In this document: positions 8,357 to 16,923 of the stretch, in pieces
Numbering within the stretch: position 1 is the stretch's first letter
How the letters are laid out: every line of letters starts with the position of its first letter
IMG/VR virus record: IMGVR_UViG_3300021431_000002
Length of the DNA: 64,000 bases
Reading direction: 5' to 3' (one strand)
Origin: a virus
Taxonomy: Duplodnaviria > Heunggongvirae > Uroviricota > Caudoviricetes
Program-made: the position numbers and the translations under genes
Notes under the pieces: model-generated
What the model saw: only the letters and a program-made list of their open reading frames with translations
The model's database searches: none
Told to the model about the DNA's origin: nothing

Positions 8357-10381
8357 TTATCTAAACTCATTGATTGACCAATGTACAAGACCGTCAACAC
8401 GAACATGTCCATAGTAACGGTTGTTAACCATCTTCTTAGCGTAACGAGTCATAATACCCTTTACTGGTGCGAAGTTGAATGGGTTGTACATAGTAGGAGT
8501 CAACTGCATTGGCACATATGGTGCATAGATGTAACCTGTGTCAAGAAGTGACTTACCCTTGTGACCAATGATAATTGACCAGTGTGGGCTATATGGGTCA
8601 CGATATACAGTGTAACGTCCGCTTAATGAACCAATCTTCTCAATACCCATGTTGTACTGGTCGCTCTCTGCTGAAGCATCTGATACGTGGAAGTACTCAA
8701 GGTTATCGAACAATGCGCTGATTTCAGAAGATACAACAATGAAGTTTGCACCACCACGAAGTGTTGACTTGTGAATCTGTGCAGAAATCTGGTTAATCTT
8801 AGTCATCAACTCTTGGTTCCAGTCTTTCTGAGTATAGTTAGTTGAGAATGCAGCCATACGTCTCCAACCATTTACATCCCAACGAGCCTGCCAAGGAGCA
8901 CCCTTACGCAAGTCACGAAGAATCTCACGGTCAATTTCTGCTGCAATCTGCTCTGAAAGGATTGCTGTCAACTCAGCCTCTGCGTCAATATTGTGGAATG
9001 CAGAAACGTCTTGTGCCAACTCTGGAGACCATGTAGCACGAAGTTTTCTCTCCTCTACTGATACAGTTACTGAATCCAACTTGAAGCTAACCTCACCAAT
9101 TTCAGTCTCAAGCTCAAGAGAATCATACTGTGCCCAAGCAATTTTGAACAATGACTTCAAAGCATCTTTAGTTGCTTGTGGGTCATCTACTGTGATTGCT
9201 GCGTCCAATTGTGCTGCATCAACACCGATATAACCATCGATTGTACCAGCTTGCTGAACAACTGGTTTAGCCAAATCCAACTCAATATACATTTTGCCTT
9301 CAGCATCACAAGCTGCGCCATATTCTACGATACCTTTACCATATTTCTGAGTAACAACTCTGAAAGGAACTGACTCAAACTTACGGAAAGCAGCAGTCAT
9401 AACGCTGTCAGAACCAGGAGCAGCAGCAGCTGTAAACTCTTTCTGAGTAATAACTTTCAAAGATGCAAGGAAGCCTTCTGTATCCATTTCGTTACCATCA
9501 GGACCAGTCAATTTGCTTGCATTGAATGAAGAGAAACCATCAATCTCAAGGATTAAGTTACGAATAGTTCCGTCAAAACCACTCTTGAAATACTTATTAA
9601 GGTTGTCAGCTCCGAATGGACGAACACCACCAGGTGTCAAAAATGCAGGAATAGCTTCACCAACTTTAATGGTAACTTTACCCTTAGAGTTGTCATACAA
9701 GAAGTCATTGTAGAATAAGTCATACAAACTCTTCTGGAAATACTGAGTTACCTCAGGACCAGCTTGACGAAGTGCTGTTACACCAAGACCAGCGGCTTGA
9801 GCCTCTGCAAGAGCTGCATCATAATCCTTTGCGTCTGCTACGGTCTGATTCAACTGTGGTACGTACCACTGATTTTTGTTAAGTTCATTAATTGTCTCAT
9901 CTGGGAGATAGTATCTTGGCTCAACACGACCTTCCTTATTACGGTTAACTCTGTCATAGCCCATAAGACCCTTATGACGACCAGTAGTTCCATCATAGAT
10001 GTCACCTGGTTCACCAGCAGCACCTTCTGGAAGTTCCCACTCTCTCTCTGAAGTAACAGGAAGAATGAAGAACAACTTACCAACTGGAAGGTTCATTGCT
10101 TGAACTGATACAATATCATTAGCAAGAAGCTTGCTAAATACCCTACGAATGATAGGGAATACAACGGTCTCGAATGAACCGCTATTATCTGAAGCAGTAG
10201 CCTCGTAAATCAAGTGCTTTGCCTCATTTTCATACAATGTAGCAACATTCTCCTTAATACCCTCTGGAAGACCCTCGGTGAATCCAAGTTCATCCCAACG
10301 GTGCTGAATGCTCTCACGTATCTGTTTTTGTGCGTTGTACTCGATATTACCAACTACACCACTTGATAAAAATTCTTTCAT
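8357..10381 (-). CDS. Major capsid protein (T4 gp23-like)
   Basis: PIIRRVF...DIVSVQAM, RKLRATWSPELAQD...IDAEAEL...EIDREI, GYIYAPYVP, GIMTRY. Confidence 0.95.
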   Translation of the reverse strand: MKEFLSSGVVGNIEYNAQKQIRESIQHRWDELGFTEGLPEGIKENVATLYENEAKHLIYEATASDNSGSFETVVFPIIRRVFSKLLANDIVSVQAMNLPVGKLFFILPVTSEREWELPEGAAGEPGDIYDGTTGRHKGLMGYDRVNRNKEGRVEPRYYLPDETINELNKNQWYVPQLNQTVADAKDYDAALAEAQAAGLGVTALRQAGPEVTQYFQKSLYDLFYNDFLYDNSKGKVTIKVGEAIPAFLTPGGVRPFGADNLNKYFKSGFDGTIRNLILEIDGFSSFNASKLTGPDGNEMDTEGFLASLKVITQKEFTAAAAPGSDSVMTAAFRKFESVPFRVVTQKYGKGIVEYGAACDAEGKMYIELDLAKPVVQQAGTIDGYIGVDAAQLDAAITVDDPQATKDALKSLFKIAWAQYDSLELETEIGEVSFKLDSVTVSVEERKLRATWSPELAQDVSAFHNIDAEAELTAILSEQIAAEIDREILRDLRKGAPWQARWDVNGWRRMAAFSTNYTQKDWNQELMTKINQISAQIHKSTLRGGANFIVVSSEISALFDNLEYFHVSDASAESDQYNMGIEKIGSLSGRYTVYRDPYSPHWSIIIGHKGKSLLDTGYIYAPYVPMQLTPTMYNPFNFAPVKGIMTRYAKKMVNNRYYGHVRVDGLVHWSINEFR

Positions 10382-10419
10382 ATAGATAAATGAAGTTTAT
10401 TTAACTTATTATTTTTTAA

Positions 10420-10427
10420 TATAAATA
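10420..10427 (-). promoter_or_regulatory. Putative late promoter motif TATTTATA (capsid)
   Basis: About 39 bp upstream of the capsid ATG. Confidence 0.65.
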
Positions 10428-10450
10428 TACACAAGAATTAAAAAGTGCGA

Positions 10451-11998
10451 TTATTTCATCATTCTGTGCATTAAATCAAGAGAATCTAACACATCTTTTG
10501 ACTGGTAGATTTTTGTCTCATTGATTTTCTTTGAACCTTCAACTGTAAGAGACTTGTCTTCAGTGATGTTCATTTTCTTTGATTTCTGAAGGTCTCTGCT
10601 AATTGACTCATAGAGTGTTTTAGATGCATCTACTGTCTTAGCCTCTTTTGAGAATCTTGAAATAATCTCTTTCTTCTCATCTTGTGTTGTTGAGTTTTCA
10701 GAAATCAACTTGATTATCATACCAAGATTGTGGTTTGTAACGGCAGCCTCCTTCAATGACTTCATCACGTCAGTTAAAGTAGATTTTAATTCCTTGTTTT
10801 CGCTAAGTGCTTTATTCGCTCTCTTCATAAAGCTCTCTGATACTGAATCTTCCTCGCCACCGCTATAACGTGGTGTTACAGTACCCTTAACTCTCTTACC
10901 ACCCTTACTCATTGAACGAGCATTACGTCCGTTTGAGTTTGGAACGTGAGACTTAGATGTGCTGTTCTGCTGTACGAATCCACCAACGTTTGTTGCTTCC
11001 TCAACTGGCGCATCAACGTTGCCACATTCTTCCATTGAACCTTCTACATCCTCACCCTCTTCAATCTGCTTTCCTTTTTCAGCATTGAATGGTTTGTCTG
11101 CTTTACTTTTCTTGCCTGGGTATCCACTCCAAGGTTTCTCAGTTCCGTGAGGAACACCAGCGTCCCAGTCGTTTACATTTTTACCTGGCTCTGACATGCC
11201 TGGATTTGTCATTACATCTTTTTTCTGATAATTGTCAGTGTATCCTACATTTGAATCGTACTCTAATACTAATTCAAACATTCTTTCTGTTGATTCATTC
11301 ATATCGTCATAATCATTTTCATAATCATCTTCTGCACCGAAATCATCAGCACCTTCATCATCTGTAATTACATCATCATCACTTGAGTTGGATGCAGCAA
11401 CATCTGTCGCTTCTCCATTATCACCAAGATTGATTAGGTACTCAGCTCCAGTTTCATTGTCTTGAATGTTTACGTTGCCATTATCGTCCTTATGAACGAG
11501 TATCTGGTCATCATTCTTCATTAGCTTGTAAACCTTTACGATTTCCTCGTCTTCCGCATTTGAAAAGTCATACTCATCGTCTGATATTTTATATTTATCA
11601 AACTCTGCCCATCCGTCACCATCTTCGCTTGATTCGTCACCCTCTACGCTTGCATCATCAATGCTAGTGTCATCACTATTAGTGTCATCACCACCATCAA
11701 TTACTGCATCGTCAGTTGGCTCATCTGCTTCCTTACCAGTGTCAGCGTCCTCTACGCCATCCGTAGAGGCATCTACTGAATCAGCATCATTTGTAATATC
11801 AGAACTAGTATCTTCCACTTCCTCTTCTTCGTAGTCCTTGTCATCGTCCTCAGACAATAACTTGGCATATGTATCACGTACAGCCTCATCTAAAAGAGTC
11901 TTGACTGCACTTTCAGTATTTTCCCTCAAAGAATTAGCGAGTGTATTGTAATCCAATAAAGATTCTTTCACTACTTTGCTTCTAATATTTTTATTCAT
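10451..11998 (-). CDS. Prohead core/scaffold protein (gp22-like)
   Basis: Directly upstream of the capsid gene; acidic low-complexity centre, coiled-coil C-terminus and many (I/L/V)-x-E sites. Confidence 0.75.
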   Translation of the reverse strand: MNKNIRSKVVKESLLDYNTLANSLRENTESAVKTLLDEAVRDTYAKLLSEDDDKDYEEEEVEDTSSDITNDADSVDASTDGVEDADTGKEADEPTDDAVIDGGDDTNSDDTSIDDASVEGDESSEDGDGWAEFDKYKISDDEYDFSNAEDEEIVKVYKLMKNDDQILVHKDDNGNVNIQDNETGAEYLINLGDNGEATDVAASNSSDDDVITDDEGADDFGAEDDYENDYDDMNESTERMFELVLEYDSNVGYTDNYQKKDVMTNPGMSEPGKNVNDWDAGVPHGTEKPWSGYPGKKSKADKPFNAEKGKQIEEGEDVEGSMEECGNVDAPVEEATNVGGFVQQNSTSKSHVPNSNGRNARSMSKGGKRVKGTVTPRYSGGEEDSVSESFMKRANKALSENKELKSTLTDVMKSLKEAAVTNHNLGMIIKLISENSTTQDEKKEIISRFSKEAKTVDASKTLYESISRDLQKSKKMNITEDKSLTVEGSKKINETKIYQSKDVLDSLDLMHRMMK

Positions 11999-12029
11999 TT
12001 AGAAAATAGATTTAATACATTATTTTAAA

Positions 12030-12037
12030 TATAAATA
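12030..12037 (-). promoter_or_regulatory. Putative late promoter motif TATTTATA (scaffold)
   Basis: About 32 bp upstream of the ATG. Confidence 0.6.
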
Positions 12038-12125
12038 TTACATAATAACAAAAAAATATCACTTAATGTTTTTTAATTCGTTGTAATTATGCTTTGTATA
12101 TTATAAATATTTGGTTTGTGATAAA

Positions 12126-12133
12126 TATTTATA
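12126..12133 (+). promoter_or_regulatory. Putative late promoter motif TATTTATA (protease)
   Basis: The motif flips strand with the gene; 16 bp upstream of the ATG. Confidence 0.6.
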
Positions 12134-12149
12134 ATAAAAATTAATAAAA

Positions 12150-12860
12150 ATGAAAAAAAATGAATTAGATATAATTAAAGAGGGTAAAACTGGTCATGGT
12201 ATTCTAATTGAAAACGATGGATTTATGTTTTTGAAAAACACAAAAGAAAACCAAATGATTAGGGAAGGAATAGAAAATGGTGAATGGAATATCCCATACC
12301 CATTTGTCGTAGACGCTGTTTTCCAAAAATTCGGCATTAAAAATGCTAATGGTAGAATATATCCAGAGGAAGTATTAAAAAAACAAGTTGAATTATATCA
12401 GCAGAAAATTGACGAAAGAAGGGCATTGGGCGAATTAAATCACCCAGCAGAAAGTACCATTGACCTAGATAGAATTGCAATAAATATAGTAGAATTACAC
12501 TGGGAAGGAAGAACCCTTGTCGGAAAACTAGAAATTAACACATCATATGGTTTCAGAAAATATGGTATGGTGACAACACGCGGAGACCAGATGGCGAACC
12601 TTCTCATCAATGGATATAAAATTGGTGTATCATCAAGAGGTGTTGGGTCAGTAGAACAAAAACTAGGACAATACATTGTTGGTGATGACTTTGAATTAAT
12701 ATGTTGGGATGTTGTCAGTGACCCTAGTACAAATAATGCCTTTATATCAATGAATGGCGAGGAAGAAATGGGTCTTTGGATTGAAAAAAATGTGGTAAAT
12801 AATAATAAAACACCTATTAACGAAAAAATAAATAAAATTAAAAATATTTTGAATTCTTAA
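12150..12860 (+). CDS. Prohead protease (T4 gp21-like)
   Basis: KNANGRIYP, ALGELNHP (His), IGVSSRGVGS (Ser), WDVVSDPS (Asp). Confidence 0.92.
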   Translation: MKKNELDIIKEGKTGHGILIENDGFMFLKNTKENQMIREGIENGEWNIPYPFVVDAVFQKFGIKNANGRIYPEEVLKKQVELYQQKIDERRALGELNHPAESTIDLDRIAINIVELHWEGRTLVGKLEINTSYGFRKYGMVTTRGDQMANLLINGYKIGVSSRGVGSVEQKLGQYIVGDDFELICWDVVSDPSTNNAFISMNGEEEMGLWIEKNVVNNNKTPINEKINKIKNILNS

Positions 12861-13039
12861 TGTTTTTTTATATAAAAGAACACAATATTCCAATAATATA
12901 TATTTTCAATAAATTCCATTCTTTGCATAGACTCGATGAGCATTTCAATCATATGTATGACGATGCCTTGTTTATTGAGGATATAATTGAAGATAACAAC
13001 ATTCTATTAAACGAAATAAAAAAGCGAAGTCTCATTTAA
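12860..13039 (+). pseudogene. 59-codon ORF resembling the C-terminal tail of the homing endonucleases (possible remnant)
   Basis: TAATG overlap. KEHNIPIIYIF...HFNHMYDDALF...LLNEIKK resembles KNANIKLFYYF...KFNGIYTEENTF...LMSCIK of the 62915 gene. Confidence 0.35.
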
Positions 13040-13051
13040 AGGCTTCGCTTT
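13021..13051. terminator. Bidirectional intrinsic terminator
   Basis: AAAGCGAAGTC...GGCTTCGCTTT inverted repeat. Confidence 0.8.
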
Positions 13052-13058
13052 ATTTTTC

Positions 13059-13457
13059 TCATATGTTGTCAATTCTGACCATAAATGCATCTGTCATACT
13101 ACCTCTGTTAGAAATAAAATGTACACTGTTTTTCCTAGGAGAAAAATTTATTACTGCATCTATAAATTCTTGTCTGCTTTTGTGTATACCGTTTTTAGGG
13201 TAGCAAGTATAAACAGTATAATTTCCCATATCTTTTGTTGCTGAATGACCCCATCCGCATAGTTTCTCTGCTTTTAGCAATCCTTGAATCATTCCATTAT
13301 TTGATTGGCTTCTATATTCATCAACCCCATCTTGGTCAAGAAACATATCCATTTGCCCATCTGGGTAAACCCCACCAATTTCTTTTATGATTCTTTTAAC
13401 AGAATTGCCAACTATCCTATGTAAGTCATTTTCAGTTAACCTTATTATTCTTACCAT
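13059..13457 (-). CDS. Putative internal head protein with leader motif
   Basis: MVRIIRLTENDLHRIVGNSVKRIIKE leader. Confidence 0.7.
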   Translation of the reverse strand: MVRIIRLTENDLHRIVGNSVKRIIKEIGGVYPDGQMDMFLDQDGVDEYRSQSNNGMIQGLLKAEKLCGWGHSATKDMGNYTVYTCYPKNGIHKSRQEFIDAVINFSPRKNSVHFISNRGSMTDAFMVRIDNI

Positions 13458-13487
13458 AATTTTAAATAAACAATAGTTTTTATTTTT

Positions 13488-13865
13488 TTACCAACTGCCA
13501 CGATATAAATCTCCGTCAGACGGACTATCGTTAACTTGGTTTACATCATCCCTATACCAATCTGGGTCTTCCTCATACCCTTCTGCTTCATCATCATTCC
13601 AACCTAGTACATTGCTGTCTTGGTTATAATGTGTTGGGTCAAACTGCTCTTCTCCCTCTGCCCCCCAATCGTGCTGATTTCTGAATTCATTCTCAGCCTC
13701 GTATCTATCAATCTGGTCTTCAAATGGCTCATAGTTGTTCATGACTGAATTGTCATCACCTTGACGCCAGTCATTTCCTAGAATATCTTCTTTTAATATC
13801 CTAGATACTGAATTCCTAATAATCCTATGTAAGTCAGATTCTGTTAATCTTATAATCCTTTTCAT
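13488..13865 (-). CDS. Putative internal head protein with leader motif, acidic
   Basis: MKRIIRLTESDLHRIIRNSVSRILKE leader. Confidence 0.7.
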   Translation of the reverse strand: MKRIIRLTESDLHRIIRNSVSRILKEDILGNDWRQGDDNSVMNNYEPFEDQIDRYEAENEFRNQHDWGAEGEEQFDPTHYNQDSNVLGWNDDEAEGYEEDPDWYRDDVNQVNDSPSDGDLYRGSW

Positions 13866-13904
13866 ATTTAATTTAGGTAATTATATGTTATTTGACCCTA
13901 CTTG

Positions 13905-14162
13905 TTAAATACTTGATATGGAATCTTTCATTCTAATACTAGATAATATTCCTTGTAGAGTATTTATCATAGAATGTATCTCTTGTCTATACGAATAGGG
14001 GACTTTACCCTCTAAATCATATAAATTATGCATTTCATTTCTAATAAGCTGTTCATAATTAGCATCATAATCATAAATATCGCTTTCGTTTAGAACATTT
14101 TTAATTGTTTCTTTAACTATTTTATGAACATCTTGTTCTGTAAGTTTAATTCTTTTTTTCAT
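13905..14162 (-). CDS. Putative internal head protein with leader motif
   Basis: MKKRIKLTEQDVHKIVKETIKNVLNE leader; TATTTATA at 14181-14188. Confidence 0.7.
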   Translation of the reverse strand: MKKRIKLTEQDVHKIVKETIKNVLNESDIYDYDANYEQLIRNEMHNLYDLEGKVPYSYRQEIHSMINTLQGILSSIRMKDSISSI

Positions 14163-14198
14163 ATATCTTATATATTTTAATATAAATATAACATAAGA

Positions 14199-14633
14199 TT
14201 ACTTTCTTTTCTCCACAGTAAATCCATTTTCCTTGAAAAGGTAAACTAAGTTGTTGACAACCGTGCTTACTTTATTAGAAAGCATTTCTTTCAAATCCTT
14301 TAGTTTCTTTACATCAGAATCATTCTGCCTCAGATAGAAATCAAATGATAGAAACTTTTTGTTGCCAATATTGAATTTATCGGTATTGATGTCAAAATCC
14401 AATATAAACCTATTAGTAAAATTTATTTCGTCAATCAAAAATAACTTTATGCTTTTTTTCATTTCTTTCTCTATCCTCGATATGACATATTCATAATCCA
14501 TTTGATGTTTTGGGGATACCCAGCATTTTCCACTTACATAAATAACTTGTGGATTGTCTTTGTTGACACTACCGTATTTTACAATCACATGATTGCATAC
14601 ATCTAACTTATATTCCTTATTTAAACGCTTCAT
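14199..14633 (-). CDS. Hypothetical protein
   Basis: 144-aa ORF preceded by the TTGA-N17-TTATATTTTA motif. Confidence 0.7.
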   Translation of the reverse strand: MKRLNKEYKLDVCNHVIVKYGSVNKDNPQVIYVSGKCWVSPKHQMDYEYVISRIEKEMKKSIKLFLIDEINFTNRFILDFDINTDKFNIGNKKFLSFDFYLRQNDSDVKKLKDLKEMLSNKVSTVVNNLVYLFKENGFTVEKRK

Positions 14634-14655
14634 TTGTTATATTGTTTAGTACATA

Positions 14656-14686
14656 TAAAATATAACAATTTTTTGGTAAAAATCAA
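14656..14686 (-). promoter_or_regulatory. Promoter variant TTGA-N17-TTATATTTTA
   Basis: Identical spacing to 3668-3698. Confidence 0.5.
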
Positions 14687-14819
14687 TAGGCGGTATTAAA
14701 TAAAATGAGCGAATCGGAATTATTCGCTCATATATTTGACAAGTCAATTGGACTTGTTAAAAGTAGCTTGAGATTAGAGGCAGATTGATAGCTGCTCTTT
14801 ATATATAATTTTTTGTGCT

Positions 14820-15200
14820 TTAACCATAGTACCCCAATTTTCTCAATCTTTCAGTTCTTCTTGAACGCTCTTCTGGATGAGAGTTTAAATATTCTGTGTA
14901 TCCATTAGCATATTCTTTATATAGAGGATTTGTAATCATTCCGTGTTCATCTGTGTCATTTCCCAAAGATGAACGCTTTTGTTTTGCATAGTTATATATT
15001 TCTCCTCCATTGTCTGATTGACTCTTAAACAAGTCATCAATTGTGCCACCATTCGCATTAATTACTTTTCTTGCTTGTAATGCCCCTAATCTTCTTTGTC
15101 CTCCTTCTGTGTTGCCGATTTCATTCAAAATTCTATTCACAGACTCTTTCACAATCTTATGAAGGTCTGATTCTGTAAGCCTTATAAGTTTTTTATTCAT
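14820..15200 (-). CDS. Putative internal head protein with leader motif
   Basis: MNKKLIRLTESDLHKIVKESVNRILNE leader; start moved to 15200; TATTTATT at 15221-15228. Confidence 0.7.
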   Translation of the reverse strand: MNKKLIRLTESDLHKIVKESVNRILNEIGNTEGGQRRLGALQARKVINANGGTIDDLFKSQSDNGGEIYNYAKQKRSSLGNDTDEHGMITNPLYKEYANGYTEYLNSHPEERSRRTERLRKLGYYG

Positions 15201-15228
15201 ATTTCTATACGTATTTTCTAAATAAATA

Positions 15229-16554
15229 TCATTCATTTTCGTTTTCTTCTCTAGGGTTAATCAAAATATGTTCCTCATCAATTGGTTCATCAATTGCCAC
15301 CTCTGGTAGTACGCTATCAATTGCTACCTCTGGGTCGTATCCAACCAACGTCACCTCGGATGCTTTTTCAATGTCATCCCTACTGATTCTAACCATTATA
15401 TTATCGCCATTAATGAATTTTATATCGTTTTCCAAATTCATTAACTCACCGTTCACCAACAGTTTGAAATCGAATACATTTTTTGTTTCTACTGATTCAA
15501 GAACCATATCTTTGTCTATTTCAAATTCAAGTTCTGTCACACAATCGAAATTCATTATAACCTTCATTATTTTGTTATAATATCTGTCGGGTTTCTTTTC
15601 GCAGCAATCGTCAGCGTCACTCGTTTCCTCAAATATTTCTGAAGGTTTGTCTGTTGGTATCATATCTGGCACTGGGCAGTTTTCATCATCATTCACCAAT
15701 GACTCAATTTTGAATTTCTGTTCCTCATCTAGTTTGAACGTCATAAATGTAACTTTTTCTTCATCCCTTCTGTTCTTACCTCTGCGATGAATGATACCAG
15801 TAGCATCTGAATCACGCCAAGGCATTAAAAACCTAGATGGAATTCTTTCTACCTTGTAGTCTTCTTTTCTTATTATATAACCCCTTACTTTGACCTTATA
15901 TGTCTGTGAATAGTATTTACGGTCATCAATTGCATACTCAGAATTATCGGAAACGTCCTCAAGCGTCATTGACATTGGATGACCATTAGGAGATATATAG
16001 CAATCAATTGCACTAAATTCATAGTGCATAAGCTCGTTCATTTCATTTATTATCTCCATTTTGTTAGCAACAATGGAAATCGAATAAATGAAATTTACTT
16101 GAAACGGCTGTTTCATCGTGTATTTGTCGTAAGCCTCTGTTCCATTTTCTTGTAATACTGGAACATAAAACATTGCAAAATCCTTATGCCCAGGAATATT
16201 GAAATAGTTTCCTTGGCTTTCACCTTTCTGAGGGTTATTCTCACGTGTAACAGTTTTGAAATTTATAATTGGGTTACCAGTTTCGTCTTGTTTATCCCAT
16301 TCTTGAATGTATTCACTAAGTCTTTGCGTACTGTATAGTTTATATGTAGGAAGCCTTTTTCCATCATACGTTATCTGTATGTGTTCTTCCACCCACCTAA
16401 ACATTGCTTCATCTATGTCAGAATATTCAATTGGTAAGGGAAATGGAGTTCCTTTTTCCAATATCATTTTTGACATATTACGTCTGCGCTCAACACCAAA
16501 TGCATGGTGTCTGAGTTTCAATTTATCCATATATGGTTTTGGCTGTATTAGCAT
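15229..16554 (-). CDS. Tail completion/terminator-like protein (gp15/gp3-like) with C-terminal extension
   Basis: DIDEAMFRWV...PIINF...VNFIYSISI...EMNELM pattern; late-type motif at 16570-16577. Confidence 0.45.
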   Translation of the reverse strand: MLIQPKPYMDKLKLRHHAFGVERRRNMSKMILEKGTPFPLPIEYSDIDEAMFRWVEEHIQITYDGKRLPTYKLYSTQRLSEYIQEWDKQDETGNPIINFKTVTRENNPQKGESQGNYFNIPGHKDFAMFYVPVLQENGTEAYDKYTMKQPFQVNFIYSISIVANKMEIINEMNELMHYEFSAIDCYISPNGHPMSMTLEDVSDNSEYAIDDRKYYSQTYKVKVRGYIIRKEDYKVERIPSRFLMPWRDSDATGIIHRRGKNRRDEEKVTFMTFKLDEEQKFKIESLVNDDENCPVPDMIPTDKPSEIFEETSDADDCCEKKPDRYYNKIMKVIMNFDCVTELEFEIDKDMVLESVETKNVFDFKLLVNGELMNLENDIKFINGDNIMVRISRDDIEKASEVTLVGYDPEVAIDSVLPEVAIDEPIDEEHILINPREENENE

Positions 16555-16598
16555 AACTTATATTTTATCAATAAATAGTGTTAAAAGCATTTAAAATA

Positions 16599-16630
16599 TT
16601 TGGTCAAATGAATTATTTTTCGTATATTTG
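16599..16630 (+). promoter_or_regulatory. Bacteroidota sigmaA-type promoter with no downstream gene
   Basis: TTTG-N20-TATATTTG. Confidence 0.7.
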
Positions 16631-16660
16631 CACAACCGAATAATATATGATTATAAAAAC

Positions 16661-16692
16661 AAAATGGCTGAGAAACGAATCTCAGCCATTTT
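16661..16692. terminator. Bidirectional intrinsic terminator
   Basis: AAAATGGCTGAGA-N6-TCTCAGCCATTTT. Confidence 0.85.
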
Positions 16693-16693
16693 T

Positions 16694-16918
16694 TCATCTT
16701 GATAACTTATCAAGTCTGCTTATTATATCCCCAAGCTGTTGAACGACAAACACGTTTTTAGTTAAGCCGTTTTTAAGCATTCTATCATAAATTTCGGAAA
16801 GTGTTTTCTTACAGTTTCTCATTGCTATCAAATCACCCTCCCCCCAATAAAAATTTTCATTAATCATGCACTTACTTTTTAGATAATCATTTATTATTTC
16901 CGTTATAATATCTTTCAT
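16694..16918 (-). CDS. Small putative head protein
   Basis: 74 aa with IITE and MINE sites; in the late operon downstream of the portal. Confidence 0.6.
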   Translation of the reverse strand: MKDIITEIINDYLKSKCMINENFYWGEGDLIAMRNCKKTLSEIYDRMLKNGLTKNVFVVQQLGDIISRLDKLSR

Positions 16919-16923
16919 AACAC

